Positions 1-9,928 of a stretch of DNA of 64,000 nucleotides are shown here, piece after piece. The notes beneath the pieces were generated by a model. The model had not been told where the DNA came from and made no database searches. It saw nothing but the letters and a program-made list of their open reading frames with translations. The stretch spans positions 416,001 through 480,000 of IMG/VR virus record IMGVR_UViG_3300021431_000075. One strand, given 5' to 3'. The stretch comes from a virus (Duplodnaviria > Caudoviricetes). Each line of letters begins with the position of its first letter. The stretch's first letter is position 1. The translations under genes were made by a program, and so were the position numbers.

Positions 1-1
1 T

Positions 2-1525
2 GATAAGTACAATGAACGCTGTGGTGTTGTTAAGAAGATTGAAGAGTTTGAAGGTTTCTTGGCAGAGAACAAGGATAAGTATGAGAAACTTTCGAATACT
101 CCGGTCAGCGAGTTGTCAGAAGATGAAACACATTTCATAAAGGTTTATGAAGCGAAAACTGCCAAGCTGAAGAAGACTAACGAGCGTCTTGGAAAGTATG
201 ATAGAGTTAAGGATGTTGACTTGAATCAACTTAACGGAGAAATCAAGACAATCAAAGACAAAATTACAGAGTTTACGAATGAGCGAGAAGAGATGAAGAA
301 GCCGGCAAAGGAAAAGGTTGGCTACTTCAACAAGTGGGGACGCGTGAAGTTGATTCGTCTGTGCGGTTGCCCGTCTTACGGATACGTGTTTGGTGTGGAC
401 TCTATGCGCTTGTTCTGTCCTGAAATTGACTCTGTCAATCTTGAAGAACTTGTCGATTGTGACTTCGACACAGTGAAAGTCAATGGAGAATCTGTCTGTT
501 TCTGCAAGGCTTATGTTCCAAGAATTGTCGAGAATCAGGGTCGTGGTTCAAGAGGCAAGAAGAAGGTTAAGAAAGAGCCTGAGCGAATGATTCCGAACGA
601 GTTCTGTTTCCATTATGACACGACGCAGTTCCAGAGATGTGTCAGGGATTTCAACAAGGATGATATTGTCGATATTTCTGTCAAGTTGCACGGAACTTCC
701 ATCATCATCGGAAACGTGAAAATCAAGTTCCCTATCGAGTTCAACACTCCTTTTGCCAAGTTGAACAAGATGCTCCAGATAGCATATTATAAGTATGTTC
801 CGAAGCGCTGGCAGAAGTACAAGGTTGGATATTACAATGTGTATTCGTCACGAACGGTTATCAAGAACAAAGAACTGAATCCGGATGTTACTGATGGTTT
901 CTATGATGTTGACTTGTGGGCTGTCTATAATGATTTGCTGAAAGAGTACATTCCTAAGGGAATTACGATATACGGAGAGGTTGTTGGTTATCTTCCAGAT
1001 TCCGGAAAGTCGATTCAGCATTTCAGAAACGGAATGATTTATGATTATGGTTGTCCGGAGGGAGAGTCGAAGCTGATGATTTATAGAATCACGGAAGATG
1101 ATCCGAAAGCGGACCCGAAGAAGGTTGACAAGAAGATTGAGTACACGATTACGGAAGTTGACCAGTGGACCCGTGAACTTGTCCGCAAGCATCCGGAACT
1201 TCACAAGAATATCATGTTCTTGCCTATTCTCTACCACGGAAGGTTCGGGGACTTGTATCCGGAACTTGAAGATAGCACGAGATGGCATGACGATGTTCTT
1301 GAAAAGCTTAAGGCGGAAGAGAGGTTCGGAATGGAGCAGATGGAGCCTCTGTGTGTATTCCATGAGTGTCCGAGAGAGGGAATCGTCATCAGAAAGGAAC
1401 TTGACGGACGAGACCCGCTTGCTAAGGAGGCATACAAGTTGAAGACTGTCAAGTTCGACGAATGCTATCGACAGATGATGGATGACAATGTAATCGGAGA
1501 CCTCGAACTGGCAGAAGGAATGTAG
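2..1525 (+). CDS. RNA ligase (Rnl2/DRB0094-like nucleotidyltransferase), 5'-truncated by window edge
   Basis: Motif I-like VKLHGTS, YGEVVG, EGIVIR, AYKLKT; frame is open upstream of 59 back to position 2. Confidence 0.75.
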   Translation, partial: DKYNERCGVVKKIEEFEGFLAENKDKYEKLSNTPVSELSEDETHFIKVYEAKTAKLKKTNERLGKYDRVKDVDLNQLNGEIKTIKDKITEFTNEREEMKKPAKEKVGYFNKWGRVKLIRLCGCPSYGYVFGVDSMRLFCPEIDSVNLEELVDCDFDTVKVNGESVCFCKAYVPRIVENQGRGSRGKKKVKKEPERMIPNEFCFHYDTTQFQRCVRDFNKDDIVDISVKLHGTSIIIGNVKIKFPIEFNTPFAKLNKMLQIAYYKYVPKRWQKYKVGYYNVYSSRTVIKNKELNPDVTDGFYDVDLWAVYNDLLKEYIPKGITIYGEVVGYLPDSGKSIQHFRNGMIYDYGCPEGESKLMIYRITEDDPKADPKKVDKKIEYTITEVDQWTRELVRKHPELHKNIMFLPILYHGRFGDLYPELEDSTRWHDDVLEKLKAEERFGMEQMEPLCVFHECPREGIVIRKELDGRDPLAKEAYKLKTVKFDECYRQMMDDNVIGDLELAEGM

Positions 1526-1540
1526 AATGCGTAGAAATCG

Positions 1541-1584
1541 AAAAGCAACTCTGGCAAGCATTTGACCGGAGTTGCTTCTTTTTT
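1541..1584. terminator. Bidirectional intrinsic terminator
   Basis: AAGCAACTCTGG...CCGGAGTTGCTT hairpin with A/T tails between convergent genes. Confidence 0.75.
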
Positions 1585-1602
1585 AATGGTTTTTGAAAAA
1601 AG

Positions 1603-3525
1603 TTATGAAAATACCATGAACTTGATTCTGACAGGCAGCGGGTTCGGGTTATATACAAGCACGGAGTTCTGAAGATTCTTTATCTTGCTCTGGTAGTTGT
1701 CCTTTGCTCCGATAATCATGTAAGCCTCTCCGACTCTGAGCCATAGGTCATTCTCGTTCAGATATTGCATGTACCTGTACAGACCTACTGCGTTTTCCTT
1801 GTTGTTCGGTTTCATTCCGTGTCTGTGTCCCGGAACATTTTCCATGAAGTTGTACTTTTCTGGAGTCTTGTATTCGTTCACGTAGTCGCAGCTTGTCTTG
1901 AGTTTGTCATGGTTGCTGTTGTGGTGTTCAGTGTGCGTATGGTGGAACGTGTCGGACCAAGTGCTGTTTGTGTCATGGTAGTTCGGATTTGTTGTCCATT
2001 CGCTGTCTGACGATACTTGCGAGTGCATGTCATAAGTCCAGATTCCCTGCATGCAGGTTGCAAGAGACTCGTTTGATACGACCTTTCTTACTGGACAGAA
2101 GCAGTCGCAAGCCTTGAACACTTCATATTCAGACTGGAGTATCGTGTTGATTTTGACTGTCGAACGGACCTTTCTATATACGTCAACACACTCGTTGCAG
2201 ACAAAGCCTTCAACGTGCATGTTCTTTGGAATCTCAATCTTTTCATCAAGATTGACATAGTCAGAAACATGTGCCACTTTCAGTACAGAGAACTCGTCAG
2301 TAAACTCGGACCAGTCAGGAATGAGCACGAGACCTCTCATCGCTCCGTTCGGATATTTCTGGTTGAGTATTCTCTTGTTGTAGTCTTCGACAAGCATGTA
2401 CGGACCGCTTACATTGCTCTGGTGGACATACTTCGATATTTCAAGAAGAAGCATGAAGATGTCATGGATGTTATATGTGTTGAGAATCGAGTATTCGTTT
2501 CCCCAGTAGTATGCATAGATGTCCGGGTACATCGTGCAGAGAAGACTCCATTTCGTTTCGGTTCCCTCTATGATGTTTCCGAGATGGTCGAAGAACTGCA
2601 GGAACTTCTCAAGGGCATGGACGTTATGGTTGAATGCGGCTGGGTCGTTGATTGCAAGAGGACCGATTGATATGAAGAACTTGTATATGTCGCACGGAAC
2701 ATCCGAGTAGTCGGGGTCTTCATCAGAACCCTTCAATCTCGGCTTCAGTGTCTTGATGAGGTCGATGATGTAGTCGAAGTTGACATTTGCCCCGATGAAT
2801 GGAGTTTCTGTATAGTCAGCCCATGTTCCGTCATGGTTGATATACTCGGCGTCGATTGCGGAAACAAGCACAGAATGGACATAGAATGAATATCCTTCTG
2901 AAGATGACTGGAAAACAAGATAGTCGATTGATTCGGAAACGCAGTTTTCTTGATTGCAGTCGCATACCGGAAGGTTCTGTATGGTCACGTTCACCGGAAT
3001 GCCGAGTTCGTCGAATTTTGCCTGAATAAGTTCACATACGGAACCGGGTTCTGTTCTCAGCAGATATGTGTCTATGTTGATTGCATTGATGTCTTCGCAG
3101 CTCGTGTAGTGTATGTCGAACTTGACGTTGATATACGGCTCGTAGTTTTCAATGGACTGGATTTCCTTTACAATCGGGAAGAATTGTGCCGCATATGTGT
3201 CGCCGGTCACGTTTCCCTGAAGAAGATATGCTGAATATGGCTGGAGAATCTTTGTTTCCGTGTAGTATTCTGTGATGCCGTCAGCATGGATGTCTGTCAT
3301 GTCTATCGATGCAAGCTCGTCGCCGTTGGAGTCTGTGATGACGCCTTCGCCATCAACGATGTCAAACGAAGTGTCTGCTTCGTCGATTGCACTTGAGCAA
3401 GTGAACCCGGATGAAGTTATATCATTCGATGTTGAATATAGTTGGTAGAAAAGATTCGTATTTTTGTTTGTTGGTACAATCTTGCTATTATCGGCTGGTT
3501 TGATAATCTTGTTCATGGAACCCAT
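1603..3525 (-). CDS. Hypothetical late, probably virion, protein with a His-rich segment
   Basis: 640-aa ORF; GATAAATA on - strand at 3548-3555. Confidence 0.6.
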   Translation of the reverse strand: MGSMNKIIKPADNSKIVPTNKNTNLFYQLYSTSNDITSSGFTCSSAIDEADTSFDIVDGEGVITDSNGDELASIDMTDIHADGITEYYTETKILQPYSAYLLQGNVTGDTYAAQFFPIVKEIQSIENYEPYINVKFDIHYTSCEDINAINIDTYLLRTEPGSVCELIQAKFDELGIPVNVTIQNLPVCDCNQENCVSESIDYLVFQSSSEGYSFYVHSVLVSAIDAEYINHDGTWADYTETPFIGANVNFDYIIDLIKTLKPRLKGSDEDPDYSDVPCDIYKFFISIGPLAINDPAAFNHNVHALEKFLQFFDHLGNIIEGTETKWSLLCTMYPDIYAYYWGNEYSILNTYNIHDIFMLLLEISKYVHQSNVSGPYMLVEDYNKRILNQKYPNGAMRGLVLIPDWSEFTDEFSVLKVAHVSDYVNLDEKIEIPKNMHVEGFVCNECVDVYRKVRSTVKINTILQSEYEVFKACDCFCPVRKVVSNESLATCMQGIWTYDMHSQVSSDSEWTTNPNYHDTNSTWSDTFHHTHTEHHNSNHDKLKTSCDYVNEYKTPEKYNFMENVPGHRHGMKPNNKENAVGLYRYMQYLNENDLWLRVGEAYMIIGAKDNYQSKIKNLQNSVLVYNPNPLPVRIKFMVFS

Positions 3526-3623
3526 TATGGCATTTATGTTCTTGTTTTATTTATCTTTAATGGTATTTTTGGCGCATTGTGACAAGATATAAAAGCCATT
3601 AACTTTTTTTAACTCCAAAAATC

Positions 3624-3652
3624 TATACTTTTTTTCATTTTTGTAGTATACA
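3624..3652 (+). promoter_or_regulatory. TAAACT-N16-GTATAC class promoter (variant TATACT)
   Basis: TATACT-16 nt-GTATACA, about 30 nt before ATG 3684. Confidence 0.55.
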
Positions 3653-3683
3653 TAATTGTTGAAACATAATACGCATATAAAAA

Positions 3684-4409
3684 ATGATTATTTGTGCTGA
3701 TATACACGGCAGGACGTTCTGGAAAGACGCCGTTGCCAAAAAGAGAGAAAATGAGAAGATAATATTTCTCGGAGACTATCTGGAGCCGTATCCGCAGGAG
3801 GGAATAACGCATGATATGGCATTTCAGAATTTCCTGAAGATTATCGACTACAAGAAGAGTCATATGGACGACTGTGTCTTGCTTCTCGGGAACCATGACT
3901 TTGCATGTATCGACAAGAGTATGATTTCTTGCAGGCATGACTATATGAATGAAATCAGGAATAAGAAAGAGTTTATTGAGAACATGGATTTGTTCGACCT
4001 GATATATTCTATGGACATAGGAGACCGGAAGTTCGTGTTCTCGCATTCCGGAATTCATAAGCAGTGGTTTGACGAGAGTGTCCAGAAAGATGGCATGGAA
4101 GAAGGAGAGTTGCCTTGGGACTTTTTGAACAGAAAGTTCAAGGAAGACTACAAGTCGCTGCTCGGCTGTCTCGGAATATACTCGAAGTTTCGCGGATGGA
4201 CAGATGTCAAGTACGGTTCTTGCATATGGGCAGACTGTCGGGAATGGAGCATCGAGGAACCCGATTATGAGAATGTATATCAGATATTCGGACATACGAT
4301 GCTGATAGACAAGCCTGTCATATTGAAGCATTGGGCTAATCTTGATTGCAAGAAGCCTTTTAGACTGGATGAAGAAACTGGTGAATTGATAAATTTGGAA
4401 GATATTTAA
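3684..4409 (+). CDS. Calcineurin-like metallophosphoesterase
   Basis: DIHG, GDY, GNHD, HSG, GHT motifs. Confidence 0.85.
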   Translation: MIICADIHGRTFWKDAVAKKRENEKIIFLGDYLEPYPQEGITHDMAFQNFLKIIDYKKSHMDDCVLLLGNHDFACIDKSMISCRHDYMNEIRNKKEFIENMDLFDLIYSMDIGDRKFVFSHSGIHKQWFDESVQKDGMEEGELPWDFLNRKFKEDYKSLLGCLGIYSKFRGWTDVKYGSCIWADCREWSIEEPDYENVYQIFGHTMLIDKPVILKHWANLDCKKPFRLDEETGELINLEDI

Positions 4410-4415
4410 GAAATT

Positions 4416-5903
4416 ATGCAAACAAATTTTTATTTTTTGTCGCTTGAAAAGACAAAGATACTTAAAGAAATCGGTTTAGATTTTGCTACGGTATGCAAAG
4501 AATATGGCTGGTTCTGGAACGAAATCGATGGTAATCTAATTGCTTCCAACCATCGACTTGATGAACTTGATGACGGGAAATACGTTCCCGCGCTTAATTC
4601 CGAACAGCTGCGTGAGTTTCTTCCGCTTGATATTTACACAAAAGAGTGCGGAAAGTGCTCATTGAATTTCGGTTCTGATATTATAAATGACGTGGAAGAG
4701 CAAATCGTGTCTTATGATGAATGTAAAGGTTCATGCTATCCGTATGTTACGTTTTCGGCAGAACATCTTGTTGATGCTATGTTTGACGCTATCGAGTATT
4801 GTCATAAGAATGGATTCTTGCAGCCGGATTCATATGTAGATAAAGAAATGTTAGATAATCAAACTATACAAAATGATAAAGAAATGAGCAATAATGTAGA
4901 AAAAAGTGAATTTAAGTGTTTTGAAAGCAAGTTCTGTATTGTATATCATAAAGAAGATAATGATGGCTTGTTCTCTATGGCATTGATATTCAATTACTTG
5001 ACTGATGAATTGCATATTGATAAGAATGATATTCGTCTTATCGGAGCAGATTATCAGGATATGAAGAAACTTGACATTGATGAATTGTGCCAGAAAAATG
5101 AGGGAATCATAATGACTGACATATCATTCAATGAATTCTCAAAGATAAAGGAGATATACAAGAAGAAGAGAAGCAAATTCTGGTGGTTTGACCATCATGC
5201 TCCTATCATTAAGCAGAGTCTTTTGGAGAAGTGTGAAGACATCAACGGCATTCGCGATACCAGCAGAAGCGCGATTATGAATGTATATAACTATCTTTAC
5301 GATCCGTTCAATGAGAAGTATAATAGCAAGAGTCCGGATATTGAGTTGTTGCGTATTCTATCTGCGTGGGATTCTTTCTCGTTCTTGAGAGAAGGTTATG
5401 ATATTGATTATGTTCGAAATGTGAATGTCGGCGTAAGCAATGATTTTATGCTTGATAAAGATAGAATCATCGAGTTTGTGAGAGAACTTCTTAAGATGAA
5501 TGCCGATGTGCAGAAAGATATTATTATGGATTTCTATGACAGTGGCAAGTCATTCAATAAGGTTATCGAGAGCAAGGATGCAAAGTTGATTGAGGATTTT
5601 GGTCAGGTATATTCTTTGGAAGAAAATGGCGAGCCGGTCATGGTTCTTTATATGCAGGGCGGTAGCAACAGTTTGATGTTCAAGAGCGTTAGCGATAAAT
5701 ACAAGCACGGCGCAGTCATCAAACATTTGAAAGATGGGAACTTCTCCATACATTTGTATAACACAGATACAAAGTATGATTTGGAGATGGACTGTGGTGC
5801 ATATCTGAAGAGCAAGTATGGCGGCGGCGGTCACAAGGGTGCAGCCGGAGCACAGATTTCGGAAGATGTGTTTTTGAAGATAATGAGAACTAAAAAGATT
5901 TGA
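4416..5903 (+). CDS. DHH/DHHA1 phosphoesterase with ~155-aa N-terminal extra domain
   Basis: HKEDNDG, TD, FDHH, GGGGHKGAAG motifs. Confidence 0.85.
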   Translation: MQTNFYFLSLEKTKILKEIGLDFATVCKEYGWFWNEIDGNLIASNHRLDELDDGKYVPALNSEQLREFLPLDIYTKECGKCSLNFGSDIINDVEEQIVSYDECKGSCYPYVTFSAEHLVDAMFDAIEYCHKNGFLQPDSYVDKEMLDNQTIQNDKEMSNNVEKSEFKCFESKFCIVYHKEDNDGLFSMALIFNYLTDELHIDKNDIRLIGADYQDMKKLDIDELCQKNEGIIMTDISFNEFSKIKEIYKKKRSKFWWFDHHAPIIKQSLLEKCEDINGIRDTSRSAIMNVYNYLYDPFNEKYNSKSPDIELLRILSAWDSFSFLREGYDIDYVRNVNVGVSNDFMLDKDRIIEFVRELLKMNADVQKDIIMDFYDSGKSFNKVIESKDAKLIEDFGQVYSLEENGEPVMVLYMQGGSNSLMFKSVSDKYKHGAVIKHLKDGNFSIHLYNTDTKYDLEMDCGAYLKSKYGGGGHKGAAGAQISEDVFLKIMRTKKI

Positions 5904-5909
5904 TTTTTT

Positions 5910-6422
5910 ATGCCAAGGAATGTTGAGATTGATGATACTCTTGCCGATGAGATTTTCAATGAGCGGATGGATAGCGAGTTTGAGAAAATCAAGCAAGAGC
6001 GAGATGACTACAAGAACAAGTACTTATATGCGGTTGCCGATAAGGAAAATGCAATAAAGCGCATAAAGTCGCAGATGAATATTGCTGCTGATGCAGAAAA
6101 GACGAACATCATAAAAGAGTTCCTTGTTATCTGTGATGATTTGAATCTGGCATTGTCGTTTAATGAACATTGTGATGAACCGACTGCATTGAAAGAAGGT
6201 TTCGTGAGTCTCTATAATGAGTTTATGGACGTTCTTGACAAGTTGAATGTCAGGAGGATGAAAGATGTTGTCGGTTCAGAATTCACAACAGACCTGTATG
6301 AAGCGGTTTCTATGAAAGACTGTGGAAATGATATGTCCGGAAAGGTCGTTGAATGTCTGGTAGACGGCTATTTTATCGGTGATGATGTCCTGAGGCATGC
6401 AAAAGTCGTTGTAGGAAAATAA
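5910..6422 (+). CDS. grpE: Nucleotide exchange factor GrpE
   Basis: YLYAVADKEN..KR helix, DDL, F...YEAV, GY..GD.VLRHAKVVV C-terminus. Confidence 0.85.
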   Translation: MPRNVEIDDTLADEIFNERMDSEFEKIKQERDDYKNKYLYAVADKENAIKRIKSQMNIAADAEKTNIIKEFLVICDDLNLALSFNEHCDEPTALKEGFVSLYNEFMDVLDKLNVRRMKDVVGSEFTTDLYEAVSMKDCGNDMSGKVVECLVDGYFIGDDVLRHAKVVVGK

Positions 6423-6646
6423 TGAGCAATGGAAAGAAATATATAATTAAATGCTTGAAGATTTTGTCAAGCGCATTTCTCGGCTTGTTGAGCGCGTTGA
6501 TTGTAATTTGTTTCGTTTATGCAGTCAATCAGATTTTTCTGTTGAGTATTTGTGATTCTTCGATATGGAATTCATATTTGTTTTGGATTGTATTGGTTGC
6601 AATTATTGACGGAATCTTAATCCACAAGGCTCTTTATGACGATTGA
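6422..6646 (+). CDS. Small two-TM membrane protein
   Basis: Two hydrophobic stretches; TAATG overlap with grpE stop. Confidence 0.6.
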   Translation: MSNGKKYIIKCLKILSSAFLGLLSALIVICFVYAVNQIFLLSICDSSIWNSYLFWIVLVAIIDGILIHKALYDD

Positions 6647-6650
6647 TTTG

Positions 6651-6688
6651 AAAAGCGGCAGATGATTTTGTTTATTTGCCGCTTTTTT
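6651..6688 (+). terminator. Intrinsic terminator
   Basis: AAAAGCGGCA...TGCCGCTTTTTT. Confidence 0.75.
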
Positions 6689-6711
6689 GATTTAATTGTG
6701 GTTCAATAGTT

Positions 6712-6740
6712 TAAACTATTGATTGATTATGTGGTATACT
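6712..6740 (+). promoter_or_regulatory. TAAACT-N16-GTATACT promoter
   Basis: Exact motif directly after a terminator, heading the 6.9-12.2 kb operon. Confidence 0.65.
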
Positions 6741-6922
6741 TTTAATAAAAGATATTCATCATTCGAGAACTCTGTTAGTCAGAGCAAGATAGTGAGTGAC
6801 AGTTCTTTCTCCATCTTCAAAAAGAGGATGAAAGATGCTGTTAAAAATAATGAAGAGAATAGAAGAAATGCTTTGGATTCGATTCGAAACATAGTTATTA
6901 CATAAAGAAATAAAGGATTTAC

Positions 6923-7219
6923 ATGTATACGCATCTTAATACGATTGAATGGGACTTTATACTAAAGTCTAAGAAGAACGAGAATCTCAACTATTTTTCT
7001 AACAAGATTTATGGTCAGATTCTTGCAGAACTTAAGTGCAAGGGCGGTTTCGAGTACTACTTGTGTACGATTGTGCAGATGAACAATGATACGGTCGGGA
7101 ACTATATCGGCTGTGTGAAGTCTGATGCCGCAAGCGGAAAGGAAGCTAACATCCTTGTATACGACAGAGACCGCCAGAGAGACCGTGTGTTGTCTCTTAA
7201 TGACGAGAACTATCTTTAA
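6923..7219 (+). CDS. Hypothetical protein
   Basis: 98-aa ATG ORF in co-directional operon. Confidence 0.6.
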   Translation: MYTHLNTIEWDFILKSKKNENLNYFSNKIYGQILAELKCKGGFEYYLCTIVQMNNDTVGNYIGCVKSDAASGKEANILVYDRDRQRDRVLSLNDENYL

Positions 7220-7237
7220 AATCAGTTTTAATATGAG

Positions 7238-8134
7238 TTGGAGATTGTAACAAGACTTGTCCATGACGATCCTGAACGTTCGAGGATTTACAAGTTGCCT
7301 GAATGCAATCTGATGATGCAGATTGTCAGCCGTGATGACTCTGAATACTTGGCAAAGTTCAAGAGTCTGCTGCAGAAGCATTGCCTTTATATTCTGGTAG
7401 GTTCTGAAACATTGTCTGCAAGAAGAAAGATATACATCGGACAGACCGCAGATATGTTAAAGAGGTTTCAGCAGCATGCAAAGAAGAAAGATTTCTGGAC
7501 TGAATGCATGGTTTTCACTTTGATTCGTTCACAGTTCAACCGGTCCCAGATTCAATATCTGGAATACTTGTCGATATTGACAGCGATGGAGTGTGGAGTT
7601 TATGACATGGTCCAGAACTATCAGATTCCGAAGAAGCCGTTCCTTGACGAGACTGATACTGCGTTTGCCGAGAAGGTTTTTGACGATATTCGGTTGCTTT
7701 CTCTGTTTGCCGGTTTCCGGATGTTCAGAAACAAGGTCATAGACTTGAACGATGTCTCGGTGAGTGGTTCCCATACGATGCTGTCAAGAATTGTATATGA
7801 GTACAGCGCGTCGAAGCCTGCTGTTAGTTCGGATTATGTTTCTGAATGTGAGAATGACGAGTCTCTCGTGTCATATGAACTGAAGGGAACAGACTATTAT
7901 GCAAAGGCGGTCTATACGAATGACGGAAGCGTGATGGTGATGCCGTTCGGCTACATATCCCGGAATGTCAAGTTGCCGGATGACTTGTGCCGGTTCTTGC
8001 CGGATGTGAGCGCGTGCATAGATTCTGGTGGCTATATAAAGAGCGGCTTTGTTGTTGACAGTCTTGATGTTGCCGGTGAGATGGTTACTGGCTGTAAAGA
8101 AAATAAGTGGAAAAAAATAGTAACATATATTTAG
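7238..8134 (+). CDS. GIY-YIG nuclease domain protein with DUF4357-like C-terminus
   Basis: LYIL...IYIGQT...RFQQH...YLE; C-terminal GEMVTG...W. Confidence 0.7.
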   Translation: MEIVTRLVHDDPERSRIYKLPECNLMMQIVSRDDSEYLAKFKSLLQKHCLYILVGSETLSARRKIYIGQTADMLKRFQQHAKKKDFWTECMVFTLIRSQFNRSQIQYLEYLSILTAMECGVYDMVQNYQIPKKPFLDETDTAFAEKVFDDIRLLSLFAGFRMFRNKVIDLNDVSVSGSHTMLSRIVYEYSASKPAVSSDYVSECENDESLVSYELKGTDYYAKAVYTNDGSVMVMPFGYISRNVKLPDDLCRFLPDVSACIDSGGYIKSGFVVDSLDVAGEMVTGCKENKWKKIVTYI

Positions 8135-8138
8135 AAAG

Positions 8139-8753
8139 ATGAGATTTTTTTTGGACATTCTGAAAAGTGCCATCCTTGCCGGTTGCGCGATTGGGCTGGG
8201 TGGCTATGTCTATCTTACGGTAGGAGGGCTTGCCGGGGCAGTCTTGTTCTCGTTCGGACTTTTGACTGTTTGCTTCTACCAGTTGCACCTGTTTACAGGA
8301 AAGTCCGGATTCTACACGAAAGAGAACATTCTCTACCTGTTCAGTGCGGTTCTGTTTGGAAATGTAATCGGTTGCTGGTTTGTCAGTCTTGTTGCATCTG
8401 ATGCTGTTGTTGCTGCAAGCGCGACTCTTGTTGCTGGCAGGCTTGCTGCTGGGAACTTGACGAACTTCTTGCTTGCTATTCCGTGCGGATTCATCATGAC
8501 AGCCGCTGTTACTGCAGTGAAGCCGGATAAGAACAATCACAGGAACTACTTCCTTATTCTGTACGGCGTTCCGTTGTTCATCATGTGCGGATTCAGGCAC
8601 AGCATCGCGGATGCTTTCTACTATCTTGCGTCCGGAGTTTATTCAACAGAACTTCTGGTGACATGGGTTTTCATAGTTATTGGAAACTATGTCGGTTGCA
8701 ATTTTTACAGATTGTTTAATGATTTTGACACGAAGCCTGTCAATATCTCATAA
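8139..8753 (+). CDS. Formate/nitrite transporter (FNT) family channel
   Basis: Six hydrophobic helices, LFTG, GN..G, GFRHSIAD, GNYVG. Confidence 0.85.
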   Translation: MRFFLDILKSAILAGCAIGLGGYVYLTVGGLAGAVLFSFGLLTVCFYQLHLFTGKSGFYTKENILYLFSAVLFGNVIGCWFVSLVASDAVVAASATLVAGRLAAGNLTNFLLAIPCGFIMTAAVTAVKPDKNNHRNYFLILYGVPLFIMCGFRHSIADAFYYLASGVYSTELLVTWVFIVIGNYVGCNFYRLFNDFDTKPVNIS

Positions 8754-8766
8754 GACTTTATTGATT

Positions 8767-9567
8767 ATGCAGAAAACTTCATACAATAGCATTAGCGTCT
8801 ATACGTTTGATGATGTGAGCAACGTCATCGTCTGTGGAGACATTCATGGCGAGTTCAACGAAATCGTCAATAAGATATGTGTCCAGAACAAGATACAGGA
8901 TTCTGTGATTATCATTGCAGGCGATTGCGGGTTCGGTTTCAACAAGAGAGAGTATTATACGAATATGTATAACAAGAACTCGCGCAGGCTTGAGGAGTCG
9001 AACAACTACATATTGTGCATCCGTGGAAACCATGACGACCCCGAATACTACAGTTATGGAGGCTTGTTCGAGAAGAAGCGGATGGTGTGCGTTCCCGATT
9101 ATTCTGTGATAGAGGTTGCCGGAAGAACCATATTGTGCATCGGGGGAGCGGTCTCGATAGACAGGAAGTACAGGATTTATGAAGAGATTCGAATGAACAT
9201 GCATTCTGCAACCAAGACGAAGTCTGTGTACTGGTGTTCTGAGATGCCTGTGTTTGACAGTATGAAGCTTTCCGATGTCATTGGACGATTCGTCATAGAC
9301 ACGGTTGTCACGCATACGGCTCCGTCATTCTGCGAGAAGGTTCAAAAGACAGGCATCGAGGAATGGTGCAAGTTCGATGAAAATCTTTCGGACGATTTGG
9401 ATGCAGAAAGAAAGACGATGGATAAGATATATGATTATCTTGTCGAGAAGAAGCAGCCGATAAGAGACTGGGTGTATGGTCATTTCCACTGGTCTTGGAA
9501 TGCACGGATTGATGGAATCAATTTTACAATGCTCAATATCAATGAGTTAAAAACACTTTATTGTTAG
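8767..9567 (+). CDS. Calcineurin-like metallophosphoesterase
   Basis: GDIHG, GDCG, GNHD, GGAVSID, THTAP, GHFH; start moved to ATG 8767 after the FNT stop. Confidence 0.85.
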   Translation: MQKTSYNSISVYTFDDVSNVIVCGDIHGEFNEIVNKICVQNKIQDSVIIIAGDCGFGFNKREYYTNMYNKNSRRLEESNNYILCIRGNHDDPEYYSYGGLFEKKRMVCVPDYSVIEVAGRTILCIGGAVSIDRKYRIYEEIRMNMHSATKTKSVYWCSEMPVFDSMKLSDVIGRFVIDTVVTHTAPSFCEKVQKTGIEEWCKFDENLSDDLDAERKTMDKIYDYLVEKKQPIRDWVYGHFHWSWNARIDGINFTMLNINELKTLYC

Positions 9568-9574
9568 ATTTGTC

Positions 9575-9907
9575 ATGCTATGTTATCTTCCATATACTAA
9601 AGGTGAAGGTTTTGAAGAACTGGTTCGAACTGCACAACATGCTATTGATTCACAAGACAATAACAGAAAGCAAAGACAATGGCTTCAGAAGATTTTGGAT
9701 TTGCTGAAATATGGTAAATATGTGACAATACAAGACAATAAGGGTATGCCGAGAGACGTGATCGGAATTGCAAACGCGCATTCTTTTCTATCTTTCTTTG
9801 ATGTTTGCCATGAGATTTCATGGTTTGATTTGGATGTTGAGCCGATAGAGACCGTTAAATTGGAAGAAACCCATATTTCCTATGGTTTATCTTGCTTGTT
9901 TATTTGA
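9575..9907 (+). CDS. Hypothetical protein
   Basis: 110-aa ORF tightly packed in operon. Confidence 0.6.
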   Translation: MLCYLPYTKGEGFEELVRTAQHAIDSQDNNRKQRQWLQKILDLLKYGKYVTIQDNKGMPRDVIGIANAHSFLSFFDVCHEISWFDLDVEPIETVKLEETHISYGLSCLFI

Positions 9908-9928
9908 TTTTTAATAACTTTGCAGACT

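Noticed and set aside
6723-6905. 60-aa ORF as listed in the track
   Set aside because: Its start overlaps the N16 promoter; only a short ORF from ATG 6828 is plausible, so it is not called
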